A stretch of DNA of 32,000 nt from Acidothermus cellulolyticus 11B (GCF_000015025.1 NC_008578.1:360001-392000), one strand, 5' to 3'. Shown: positions 7,447-19,815, counted from the stretch's first letter. Program-made: numbers and translations. The notes: a model not told the origin generated them from the sequence alone.

Positions 7447-8664
7447 GTGACAGTTTCCGGTGCGCGCGGCTCCCCGGCCTGGGCGGCCGAGGAACTGGCC
7501 GGCCCGGAGCTGGGCGTCGCGCGGGCGAGCCGCGCCCAGGCCGTCGTGGATCTCGGTGCGATCCGGGAGAACGTGCGCCGGCTGCGCGCCGTCACCGGCG
7601 TCGACGTCATGGCCGTCGTCAAGGCGGACGGGTACGGGCACGGCCTGCTGCCCGCGGCCCGGGCCGCCGTGCGCGGAGGGGCCAGCTGGCTCGGCGTCGC
7701 ATTCGTCGAAGAGGCGCTGGCTCTGCGGATGGCCGGAATTGACGTCCCGATCCTCTGTCTGCTTGCCGCGCCGGGCGAGCGGTTCGCGGAGGCGATCGCC
7801 GCAGATGTCGATCTTGCCGTCTCCGCGGAGTGGGCGCTCTCCGAGGTCTGCCGCGCGGCCACGACGGCGGGCCGTACCGCGCGCATTCACCTGGAGGTTG
7901 ACACCGGCCTGTCCCGCGGCGGCGCGACACCCGCGGAGTGGCCGGATCTCCTGGCGGCGACGGCTCAAGCGCGTGCGGCTGGTCTCGTGGAGGTTGTCGG
8001 AATCTGGTCACATCTCGTTCACGGCGACAATCCGGAGCATGCCGACACGACCGTGCAAGTCGAGCGGTTCGACGAGGCTCTCGCGGTTGCCGAACGCTTC
8101 GGCATCCGTCCCGCCGTCCGGCACCTCGCGAATTCCGGCGGCGCCTTGCTCGCGCCGCGGACCCGTTACGACTTGGTCCGTCCCGGCATCGCGGTGTACG
8201 GCTTGTCGCCGGCGCCGGCGCTGGTGTCTGCTGGTGAGCTGGGGCTGCGCCCGGCGATGCACCTGCGGGCGCAGGTCGCGCTGGTCAAGGAATTGCCTGC
8301 CGGTGAAGGAATTTCCTACGGCCACCGGTATCGCACGTTGCGTCCGACCCGCGTGGCGCTGATTCCGCTCGGGTACGCCGACGGCATTCCGCGGCAGGCC
8401 ACCAATGTCGCTCCGGTCTGGTTTCCCGCCGTCGGCCGGCGCACCATCAGCGGCACCGTCTGCATGGATCAGTTTGTCGTCGACGTCGGTCCCGATGCGC
8501 CGGTCGCGGCGGGCGATGACGTCGTCATTTTTGGCCCCGGCGACGACGGAGAGCCGACCGCCGACGAGTGGGCGTCGGCCGTCGGCACCATTTCCTACGA
8601 GATCGTCAGTCGCATCGGCGCCCGGGTTCCGCGGGTGTATCGGGACGACGACACCGCCGGGTGA
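7447..8664 (+). CDS. alr: alanine racemase
   Basis: It has the PLP-lysine motif VVKADGYGHG and overall Alr-like sequence through to the C-terminal YEIVSRIGARVPRVY. 405 aa. Confidence 0.9.
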   Translation: MTVSGARGSPAWAAEELAGPELGVARASRAQAVVDLGAIRENVRRLRAVTGVDVMAVVKADGYGHGLLPAARAAVRGGASWLGVAFVEEALALRMAGIDVPILCLLAAPGERFAEAIAADVDLAVSAEWALSEVCRAATTAGRTARIHLEVDTGLSRGGATPAEWPDLLAATAQARAAGLVEVVGIWSHLVHGDNPEHADTTVQVERFDEALAVAERFGIRPAVRHLANSGGALLAPRTRYDLVRPGIAVYGLSPAPALVSAGELGLRPAMHLRAQVALVKELPAGEGISYGHRYRTLRPTRVALIPLGYADGIPRQATNVAPVWFPAVGRRTISGTVCMDQFVVDVGPDAPVAAGDDVVIFGPGDDGEPTADEWASAVGTISYEIVSRIGARVPRVYRDDDTAG

Positions 8665-9350
8665 ATTCCGTCATGTCACCGATGTCACGGACGGCGGCGG
8701 ACGACGCCTGGGATCAGCTAGCCGCGCAAATCCGGAGGTGCCGCCGGTGCGCGGAGCTTGCCGCGAACCGGCGCCACGTCGTTGTCGGCGTCCGCCCTGC
8801 TGTGGCGCGCCCGGTCGTCTTGGTCGGTGAAGCACCCGGTGCTGAGGAGGACCGCACCGGACTTCCGTTCGTCGGCCGGGCGGGCCGGCTCTTGGACGAG
8901 CTCCTCGTCGACGCCGGCCTGCCACGGGCGACGGTTGCGATCGTCAATGTGCTCAAATGCCGCCCGCCCGGCAATCGAGTACCGAACAGGGTTGAGATCG
9001 CCGCCTGCCGGCCATGGCTGGAGGCCCAGCTTGCGCTGCTCGATCCCGGTGTCGTTGTCGCGCTGGGCGGTACCGCGGTGGCCTGGTTCTTCGAGCGGCC
9101 GGTCACGCTCGCGCAGGTGCGCGGCCGGGTGCACGAATTGCGGGGCTGGCGGGTCGTGCCGACCTACCATCCGTCGGCCGCCCTCCGCTTCGGACCGACC
9201 GGGGCTCCGCGGACCGCGTTGCTGCAGGATCTGGCCTTGGCCGCCGCGGTCGCTGGACATCGCCGGGACACGGACGCCGGGCCCGGCGCCGTCCCCTACG
9301 ACGGCGACCGTGGCGACGAGGCTGAGATGGGGAACGGAACGCTATGGTGA
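8661..9350 (+). CDS. family-4 uracil-DNA glycosylase (Fe-S type)
   Basis: Motif A is GEAPGAEEDRTGLPFVGRAG and motif B is HPSAALR. Four Cys are present (CRRC ... C ... C). GTG 8661 overlaps the alr stop (GTGA); in-frame ATGs at 8673 and 8682 are alternative starts. The stop overlaps the tsaE ATG. Confidence 0.75.
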   Translation: MNSVMSPMSRTAADDAWDQLAAQIRRCRRCAELAANRRHVVVGVRPAVARPVVLVGEAPGAEEDRTGLPFVGRAGRLLDELLVDAGLPRATVAIVNVLKCRPPGNRVPNRVEIAACRPWLEAQLALLDPGVVVALGGTAVAWFFERPVTLAQVRGRVHELRGWRVVPTYHPSAALRFGPTGAPRTALLQDLALAAAVAGHRRDTDAGPGAVPYDGDRGDEAEMGNGTLW

Positions 9351-9883
9351 TCGACATCCGGGAGCTTGACGCCGACGTCGAGATCGTCGTACCGACTGCG
9401 GCGGACATGCGCGACCTAGGACGGCGGCTCGCCTCGGTGCTGCGCCGCGGTGACCTCGTCGTCCTGACCGGCCCGTTGGGTTCGGGGAAGACGACCTTCG
9501 TCCAGGGTCTGGGAGCCGGGCTCGGCGTCCGCGGAGAGATCACCTCTCCCACGTTTGTGATCGCGCGGGTTCACCCGTCCCTGACCGACGGCCCCGCCTT
9601 GGTGCACGCCGACGCCTACCGGCTCGGCGGCCGACTGGAGGTCGACGATCTCGATTTGGACGCCTCCCTTGCGGATGCGGTGACCGTCGTCGAATGGGGT
9701 GAGGGGCTGGTTGAGGGGCTCGCTGAGGATCGGCTCCGGGTCGTCATCGAACGCGACGACGGCACGAACCCCGATCCCACGCGGGTCGCCGATGAACCGC
9801 GCCGGGTGCGGGTCTTCGGTGAGGGTCCCCGCTGGCAGGGCGTGACCCTGGCCGCCGCCTTGCGCAACGCCGACTCCCGCTGA
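9344..9883 (+). CDS. tsaE: tRNA t6A37 biosynthesis ATPase TsaE
   Basis: The P-loop is LTGPLGSGKTTFVQGL, followed by SPTFVI and HADAYRL motifs. It sits in the conserved alr...tsaE-tsaB-rimI-tsaD context. Confidence 0.85.
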   Translation: MVIDIRELDADVEIVVPTAADMRDLGRRLASVLRRGDLVVLTGPLGSGKTTFVQGLGAGLGVRGEITSPTFVIARVHPSLTDGPALVHADAYRLGGRLEVDDLDLDASLADAVTVVEWGEGLVEGLAEDRLRVVIERDDGTNPDPTRVADEPRRVRVFGEGPRWQGVTLAAALRNADSR

Positions 9884-9940
9884 TGGCGGCGATCCCGCCG
9901 CAACCCCGCCACCCGCTGAGGGCGGCGATCCCGCCGCAAC
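9876..9940. repeat. 29-nt direct repeat (28/29 identical, 36-bp period) starting on the last codons and stop of tsaE; degenerate third copy at about 9981..9994
   Basis: CCCGCTGATGGCGGCGATCCCGCCGCAAC (9876..9904) versus CCCGCTGAGGGCGGCGATCCCGCCGCAAC (9912..9940). Confidence 0.8.
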
Positions 9941-10103
9941 GCCGGCGCCGCCCGACGCCACCGCCGGCGCTGCGCCCATCGGCGCCGATCCCGCGTCGCG
10001 TACACCAACGGCACCCTGCCGTCCGGACTGTGGGGGCATGCGGCGCTGACCCACCGGCCGCCCGGCGGCCTGTTGGGCGGACCGTGCCGGTGGCGCGACT
10101 GGA

Positions 10104-10109
10104 TAGGCT
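10104..10109 (+). promoter_or_regulatory. candidate -10 hexamer TAGGCT, 6 nt before the tsaB GTG (leaderless-type geometry)
   Basis: TAGGCT, then CGTGGC, then GTG 10116. There is no SD. Confidence 0.35.
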
Positions 10110-10115
10110 CGTGGC

Positions 10116-10766
10116 GTGCTTCTTGCGCTCGATACCTCGACACCAGCGATTACCGTCGCCGTTCACGACGGCACGGATGTCCGGGCCGCCTTGACGACCG
10201 TCGACCGCATGCGGCACGGCGAGCTGCTCGGACCGACGATCGCCAAGGTGCTCGCCGAAGCCGGTGGCACGCCTGCGGACCTGACCCGCATCGTCGTCGG
10301 CACCGGTCCCGGGCCGTTCACCGGACTCCGGGTGGGTCTGGTGACCGCGCGGGCCCTTAGCGATGCGCTCGGCATTCCGGTGGACGGCGTGTGCAGCCTT
10401 GACATTCTCGCCGCCGCGGTCATTGCCGAACGAGCGCCGGGTGAACCATTTCTCGTCGCCACCGACGCCCGGCGCAAGGAGGTGTACTGGGCGACGTATC
10501 AGCCGGTCGAGCCGATAACCCGGTTGGATGGGCCGCACGTCACAAAACCGGCCGACATTGCATGGACGGGTCCGGCCTTCGGTGCCGGTGCCCTGCAATA
10601 TTCCGGGGAATTTCCGCAGGCCGGCGCCCCGGAATTTCCCGACGCAGCCGTCCTCGCGGCCGCGGTCGTCCGTGGCGTGGTGCCAGTGCGTCCGGCTGAG
10701 CCGCAATATCTGCGCCGGCCGGACGCCGTGCCGCCGGGTCCGCGCAAGCCGGTTCTCCAGGGGTGA
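10116..10766 (+). CDS. tsaB: tRNA t6A37 biosynthesis protein TsaB
   Basis: The N-terminus LLALDTSTPAITVAV and TGPGPFTGLRVG (ASKHA fold) are present. It sits between tsaE and rimI. Confidence 0.85.
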   Translation: MLLALDTSTPAITVAVHDGTDVRAALTTVDRMRHGELLGPTIAKVLAEAGGTPADLTRIVVGTGPGPFTGLRVGLVTARALSDALGIPVDGVCSLDILAAAVIAERAPGEPFLVATDARRKEVYWATYQPVEPITRLDGPHVTKPADIAWTGPAFGAGALQYSGEFPQAGAPEFPDAAVLAAAVVRGVVPVRPAEPQYLRRPDAVPPGPRKPVLQG

Positions 10767-10770
10767 CCGC

Positions 10771-11322
10771 GTGGCCGTGACGACGGATCTCTCCGTTCTC
10801 TCCGTGTCGATCGTGCCGATGCGCTGGTGGCACGTCGAGGCGGTTCTTGCCATTGAGCGTGAGGTTTTCGCCGACGAGCCGTGGACGTCGACCATGTTCT
10901 GGTCCGAGCTCGCTGAGTGGGAGACCCGTTCGTACGTTGTGGCGTTGACCGAACACGTCCCCGGTGACGCCGGAGAGGTCGTCGGCTACGCCGGGCTCTG
11001 CGTGTATCCCGACGAGGCCTTCGTCCAGACCCTCGCGGTCCGGCCGGACCACCGGCGCCGGGGAATCGGCGCCCGGCTGCTGCAACGGCTCATTGCCGAA
11101 GCGGCACGCCGCGGCGCGCCGACGCTGAGCCTGGAGGTTCGCGCCGACAATGCCGTCGCTCAGCATTTGTATGAATCGCATGGATTCCGCCGCTGCGGAA
11201 TTCGCAAAGGGTATTACGCCTTCGGTACGGTCGATGCGGTCGTGATGTCGCGCGTCCTGCGCGCAACCGACGTACCCGACGGCACGCAGGCGGATGGCGC
11301 CTCGCCGGCGGCTCCTGCGTAA
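10771..11322 (+). CDS. rimI: ribosomal-protein-alanine N-acetyltransferase RimI (GNAT)
   Basis: The GNAT acetyl-CoA motif is [17 protein letters not shown]. The start is taken as GTG 10771, just after the tsaB stop; GTG 10777 is an alternative. The upstream part of track ORF 10528.. overlaps tsaB out of frame. Confidence 0.8.
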   Translation: MAVTTDLSVLSVSIVPMRWWHVEAVLAIEREVFADEPWTSTMFWSELAEWETRSYVVALTEHVPGDAGEVVGYAGLCVYPDEAFVQTLAVRPDHRRRGIGARLLQRLIAEAARRGAPTLSLEVRADNAVAQHLYESHGFRRCGIRKGYYAFGTVDAVVMSRVLRATDVPDGTQADGASPAAPA

Positions 11323-11429
11323 GGAAAACGGCCGCACGTGCAGACGAGGGACACCACACACACGCAGGCAAGAAACCCGCACAGACAAGGGAAATTCAGC
11401 AATTCGGCGGAAAAGGCGGAGGGATATTC

Positions 11430-12461
11430 GTGACGGACGAACCGTTGGTCCTGGGCATCGAGACGTCATGCGACGAAACGGGGGTCGGTGTCGTTCGCGG
11501 CCGTACCCTGCTCGCCAACGAAATTGCCTCCAGCGTCGATCTTCACGCCCGCTTCGGCGGCGTCGTCCCGGAGGTGGCGAGTCGGGCGCATCTGGAGGCA
11601 TTGGTGCCGACGATGCACCGGGCGCTGGAGAAAGCCGGCCTCCGGCTCGCTGACGTCGACGCGATCGCGGTGACCGCGGGACCCGGGCTCGCCGGCACCC
11701 TGCTCGTCGGCGTGGCGGCCGCCAAAGCGTATGCCCTGGCTCTCGGCAAGCCGCTGTTCGGCGTCAACCACCTGGCGGCGCACGTTGCCGTCGACATCCT
11801 GGAGCATGGTCCGTTGCCGCGTCCATGCGTCGCGCTCTTGGTCTCCGGTGGCCACTCGTCGCTGCTGCTGGTCGAGGACGTGACCGGTACGGTGCGGCCG
11901 CTTGGTTCGACGGTGGACGACGCGGCCGGGGAGGCGTTCGACAAGGTAGCGCGCGTCCTTGGCCTGCCGTTTCCCGGCGGGCCGCCGATCGACCGCGCCG
12001 CACAAGAAGGGGATCCGCAGTTCGTGGCGTTCCCCCGGGGCAAGGCCGACGACGGCACCTTCGATTTTTCGTTTGCCGGCTTGAAGACCGCGGTGGCCCG
12101 ATGGGTGGAGAAGCGGGAGCGCGACGGTGAGCCGGTGCCGGTGGCCGATGTCGCTGCGGCGTTTCAAGAGGCGGTGGCGGACGTCCTGACGGCGAAGGCG
12201 GTCGCAGCGTGCCGGACGTACGGGGTCGGGGATCTCCTCATCGGCGGTGGGGTCGCGGCAAATTCACGGCTCCGGTCGCTCGCGGCCGAGCGGTGCGAGG
12301 CGGCGGGCATTCGTCTTCGGGTCCCGCGGCCGGGGCTCTGCACGGACAATGGCGCGATGGTCGCGGCGCTTGGTGCATGCTTGATCAAAGCGGGGCGGAC
12401 GCCGTCCGAGCCGGAGTTTCCGGCCGACTCCTCGCTCCCGATCACTGAGGTTCTCGTGTGA
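11430..12461 (+). CDS. tsaD: tRNA N6-adenosine threonylcarbamoyltransferase TsaD
   Basis: [22 protein letters not shown] and LLVSGGHS motifs are present. The SD GGAGGG lies 6 nt before GTG 11430. Confidence 0.9.
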   Translation: MTDEPLVLGIETSCDETGVGVVRGRTLLANEIASSVDLHARFGGVVPEVASRAHLEALVPTMHRALEKAGLRLADVDAIAVTAGPGLAGTLLVGVAAAKAYALALGKPLFGVNHLAAHVAVDILEHGPLPRPCVALLVSGGHSSLLLVEDVTGTVRPLGSTVDDAAGEAFDKVARVLGLPFPGGPPIDRAAQEGDPQFVAFPRGKADDGTFDFSFAGLKTAVARWVEKRERDGEPVPVADVAAAFQEAVADVLTAKAVAACRTYGVGDLLIGGGVAANSRLRSLAAERCEAAGIRLRVPRPGLCTDNGAMVAALGACLIKAGRTPSEPEFPADSSLPITEVLV

Positions 12462-12489
12462 TCGGACCTTCGGCCCGGGAGGTGCGGGT

Positions 12490-12768
12490 GTGATCGCACG
12501 GATGTGGGAGGCACGGATTCATCGCGGCCAGCTCGACGAATTCTGCGTCTGGGTGCGGGATGCGGCCTGGCCGCAGTACCGGGCGGCGCCGGGTTTCTGC
12601 GGCGGGGAGTTGTACCGCTCCGACGAGCAGAGTCGTGCCGTCGTCGTGAGCCGCTGGACCGACGCGGACGCGCTGGCGGACGGGAACAATTGGTTTGATC
12701 TTGGCGCCGAGCGGTTCTGTGCTGGGGATGCGAAGGCGTGGGAGTTCACCGTCGTCCCGGTGGAGTGA
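12490..12768 (+). CDS. small ABM (antibiotic-biosynthesis-monooxygenase-like) domain protein
   Basis: 92 aa. GGGAGG lies 7 nt before the GTG. It looks like a ferredoxin-like ABM pattern (ARMWEARI...F..WVRD...P.Y...GF.GGELYRS....AVVVSRW.D). The assignment is by eye only. Confidence 0.45.
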   Translation: MIARMWEARIHRGQLDEFCVWVRDAAWPQYRAAPGFCGGELYRSDEQSRAVVVSRWTDADALADGNNWFDLGAERFCAGDAKAWEFTVVPVE

Positions 12769-12807
12769 GCCGTGCGGGCCGCGACGGTTCCCGTCGGCCG
12801 CCGTCCG

Positions 12808-12834
12808 CTGGCACTCTCCTTGACGGAGTGCTAA
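12808..12834 (+). promoter_or_regulatory. CIRCE operator 1 (HrcA site) CTGGCACTC-N9-GAGTGCTAA
   Basis: It matches the consensus TTAGCACTC-N9-GAGTGCTAA at 16/18 positions and overlaps the -35 region of the groES promoter. Confidence 0.85.
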
Positions 12835-12848
12835 CGGCCGCATAGGCT
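12820..12848 (+). promoter_or_regulatory. groES-groEL promoter: -35 TTGACG, 17 nt, -10 TAGGCT
   Basis: The hexamers were read directly. The promoter sits between and within the two CIRCE elements, about 140 nt upstream of groES. Confidence 0.6.
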
Positions 12849-12853
12849 CGATG

Positions 12854-12880
12854 CTGGCACTCTCGACCCGAGGGTGCCAA
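12854..12880 (+). promoter_or_regulatory. CIRCE operator 2 CTGGCACTC-N9-GGGTGCCAA
   Basis: This is a second inverted repeat with the same left arm, and it matches the CIRCE consensus at 14/18 positions. It lies at about +1 of the promoter. Confidence 0.75.
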
Positions 12881-12986
12881 CAGGCGGTACGGACCTTCGG
12901 GCTGGCACCCGCGACGGCAGGCCGGGGTCGGCGACCGCTAGGTAGTGCTTTTCGTTCCCGACGAGAAGGAGGAGGGGAGTCACGCC

Positions 12987-13295
<309 letters not shown>

Positions 13296-13325
13296 CCCAT
13301 AACCAGATTCACATTTCCGGTGCCG

Positions 13326-13353
13326 CCGCCCCGACGTGCCGACGTCGGGGCGG
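13326..13353 (+). other. intercistronic GC hairpin (12-bp perfect stem, 4-nt loop) between groES and groEL
   Basis: CCGCCCCGACGT gccg ACGTCGGGGCGG. No U-tract follows. Confidence 0.6.
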
Positions 13354-13378
13354 TCGGCTGCCGCTGGGAAGGATGTGA

Positions 13379-15010
<1,632 letters not shown>

Positions 15011-15032
15011 GCAGCTCAGGCTCCCGGCCGCG

Positions 15033-15089
15033 GCCGCCGAGACATCTCCCGAGGACGTCGTTGACGTCCTCGGGAGATGTCTCGGCGGC
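15033..15089 (+). terminator. 27-bp perfect inverted repeat (3-nt loop) immediately after groEL; terminator-like, no U-tract
   Basis: GCCGCCGAGACATCTCCCGAGGACGTC gtt GACGTCCTCGGGAGATGTCTCGGCGGC. Confidence 0.6.
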
Positions 15090-15104
15090 ACGGGAGGTTG
15101 ATCG

Positions 15105-16067
15105 TTGGAGCAAGGGACAGCCGTCCCAGCGGCCGCGGCGGTACCGCTTGCAACCCTGCTCGCCCGTGGCGAGCGGGCCACGTTCCACGGACCGCCCGGC
15201 AATGCGATCCCTCCCCTGGAGCGGGCAATCGAGGTCGCCCGATCCGAGGCGCGGGAGGCGGAAGCGACCGCGGCGAGCTGGCTGTTGGGGGTCGCCTACA
15301 CCGCACTGGGCCGGTTCGGAACCGCCTTCGCCGTCCTCGATCCCATCACGGCTCCGCTGTACGCGGCGGTCTCCGGCGAGGAGACCGCCCCGGAGCAGTG
15401 CCTCTTCGGTTCGTTGGCCGCGGCGAGTATCGCGAGCGGGTACCGGCAGCTCGGCCAGCACGCGACCGCGCGGGAGTTCGACGCCCTCGGGCTCACCGCC
15501 GCCGGAGCGCTGCCGGGCCTCGACGAGGCGATTTTCGATTGCCGGCTGGGCCTGGCGTGTGACGCGATCGGGCTTGGGGAGCTGGAAACCGCCCGGCGTG
15601 AGCTTGCCGTCGTAACCGACCTTGTCGAGGCACATCCGGACTGGTGGCGCCAGCGCGTGCGGCTCGATTGGGCTCGCGCCGAGCTCGCTCTCTGCGAGGA
15701 GGACGCCGGAGCGGCGGCCGAGGCGGCAAGCGAAGCAGTTGATCGAGCCGAGCAGGCCCGGGCGCCGCGGCACGTGGCCAAGGGGCTGCTGTTTCTCGGC
15801 GTCGCGCAGGCGCAGGCCGGCGCCGCCGAGGCGGAGGCGACGTTGCGCCGGGCCGCGATGCTTGCCGAGCAGCTCGGCACGCTGCCGCTCGTCTGGCTGC
15901 CCCGGGCGTTGCTCGGCGCGATGACGGCGGAGACCGATCCGGCGGCCGCCGCGTCGCATCTGCAGGCGGCCCGGTCCGCCGTCTTGGCGATTGCGGCGGA
16001 CCTCCCCGAGAAGTTGCGGGAAAGCTGGCTTGCCCGGCCGGAAGTCGACGCGCTCCTTACGGCGTGA
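15105..16067 (+). CDS. Ala-rich helical-repeat (TPR-like) hypothetical protein
   Basis: 320 aa. The TTG start lies 7 nt after GGGAGG. Most third codon positions are G/C. There are repeated amphipathic helix pairs (..LGVAYTALGRFGTA.., ..CRLGLACDAIGLGELETARREL.., ..GLLFLGVAQAQAGAAEAEATLRRA..). I recognise no enzymatic motif. Confidence 0.5.
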   Translation: MEQGTAVPAAAAVPLATLLARGERATFHGPPGNAIPPLERAIEVARSEAREAEATAASWLLGVAYTALGRFGTAFAVLDPITAPLYAAVSGEETAPEQCLFGSLAAASIASGYRQLGQHATAREFDALGLTAAGALPGLDEAIFDCRLGLACDAIGLGELETARRELAVVTDLVEAHPDWWRQRVRLDWARAELALCEEDAGAAAEAASEAVDRAEQARAPRHVAKGLLFLGVAQAQAGAAEAEATLRRAAMLAEQLGTLPLVWLPRALLGAMTAETDPAAAASHLQAARSAVLAIAADLPEKLRESWLARPEVDALLTA

Positions 16068-16253
16068 GGCGCGCCGGCCTGCTCCGGGCGGCTCAGGCAG
16101 GCCGTGAAAACCGGGACGAACAGGCCGAGTCGGCATTAGCCTTATCGGGCAGCCCAAAATGGCCTCGACTCGCTCATGATCTGCAAATGCGGTGCCGATG
16201 ATTCGGACGATGAGACTTCCCAGCCGAGATGTCCGGCAGACAGGCGGCAGCCC

Positions 16254-16862
16254 GTGACCACCGTGCTCATTGCCGACCACCACGAGCGGCTTCGCAACAC
16301 ACTGCGGCGGTATGTCGCCGCAGTCCCCGGCATTGACCGGGTGGCGATGGCGGGGAACAGCGCCGAGACCTTCTTTCGGTACACGATTGAACGACCGTCC
16401 GTGGTTTTCCTCGACATCGATCTGCCGGAACTCGGCGGACCGCAGACCGCCCGCGAACTCGTCTCCGCCCATCCGGACGCGAACGTCGTGATGCTGGCCG
16501 ATCGGCCGGATCACGAACGTCTCGCAGAGGCGATGGCCGGCGGCGCCCGCGGTTACCTCACCCGCAATGTGTCCGTTGAGGAACTCTGTGCCGCCCTCGC
16601 CCATGTCGTCGTCGACACCCGGATGCGGAAGATGGCGAACGGTGATCCGCCGCCGCCGCTCATCGACGTCCCGCTGACGGAGCGGGAGCGGCAGGTGCTG
16701 GACGGGATGAGCCGCGGCATGAGCAATTACGAAATCGGGCGGGAGCTGTTCTTGTCGGAGGACACGATCAAAACACATGCCCGCCGGCTGTTCCGTAAGC
16801 TCGGCGCCACCGACCGGGCCCAGGCGGTCGCATTGGGAATTCGCGCCGGCTTGGTGCGCTGA
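16254..16862 (+). CDS. orphan NarL/LuxR-family response regulator with degenerate phospho-acceptor pocket (BldM-like position and C-terminus)
   Basis: The REC domain runs VLIADHH...VVFLDIDLPELGG...VVMLADRPD...GARGYLTRN. The LuxR HTH is LTERERQVLDGMSRGMSNYEIGRELFLSEDTIKTHARRLFRKLGATDRAQAVALG. The start is set at GTG 16254, by analogy with typical REC N-termini; track ORF 16176.. is an alternative. Confidence 0.75.
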   Translation: MTTVLIADHHERLRNTLRRYVAAVPGIDRVAMAGNSAETFFRYTIERPSVVFLDIDLPELGGPQTARELVSAHPDANVVMLADRPDHERLAEAMAGGARGYLTRNVSVEELCAALAHVVVDTRMRKMANGDPPPPLIDVPLTERERQVLDGMSRGMSNYEIGRELFLSEDTIKTHARRLFRKLGATDRAQAVALGIRAGLVR

Positions 16863-16942
16863 CCGCACCCGTTGCGGCAGGAGCCGACCTTCGCCTGGTC
16901 CCGTCCCCGCCACACACGGTGCGCTGACCGCACCCGTTGCGG
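16853..16942. repeat. perfect 25-nt direct repeat GGTGCGCTGACCGCACCCGTTGCGG (16853..16877 and 16918..16942); the first copy contains the regulator's stop codon
   Basis: Read directly. Each copy contains a GGTGCG/CGCACC 6-bp hairpin. Confidence 0.85.
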
Positions 16943-17049
16943 GACGGGTCGACCCGTGGAGCAGGACCGCACGACTTCGGCACCGAAGCCGCCCCACTGA
17001 CTCCGATAGCATGGCGTCATCTGCTCGTCCGTCGATCGTGCAGAGGTGA

Positions 17050-19724
<2,675 letters not shown>

Positions 19725-19787
19725 CCGCGCGCACGAGGGGCCGCCGGCTGCGGCCGGCGGGCTGGCGGTTACACCGGGCCGACCAGC

Positions 19788-19815
19788 GCGTGCGGCCGCC
19801 GGCGGCTGCGCACGC
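19788..19815. terminator. GC-rich near-perfect palindrome between convergent guaB3-like and murA genes
   Basis: GCGTGCGGCCGCC / GGCGGC(TG)CGCACGC. There is no U-tract on either strand. Confidence 0.3.

Noticed and set aside
11323-11429. A purine/CA-rich, lower-GC rimI-tsaD spacer (..ACACCACACACACGCAGGCAAGAAACCC..).
   Set aside because: I could identify no repeat, hairpin or motif. It probably just contains the tsaD promoter and SD.
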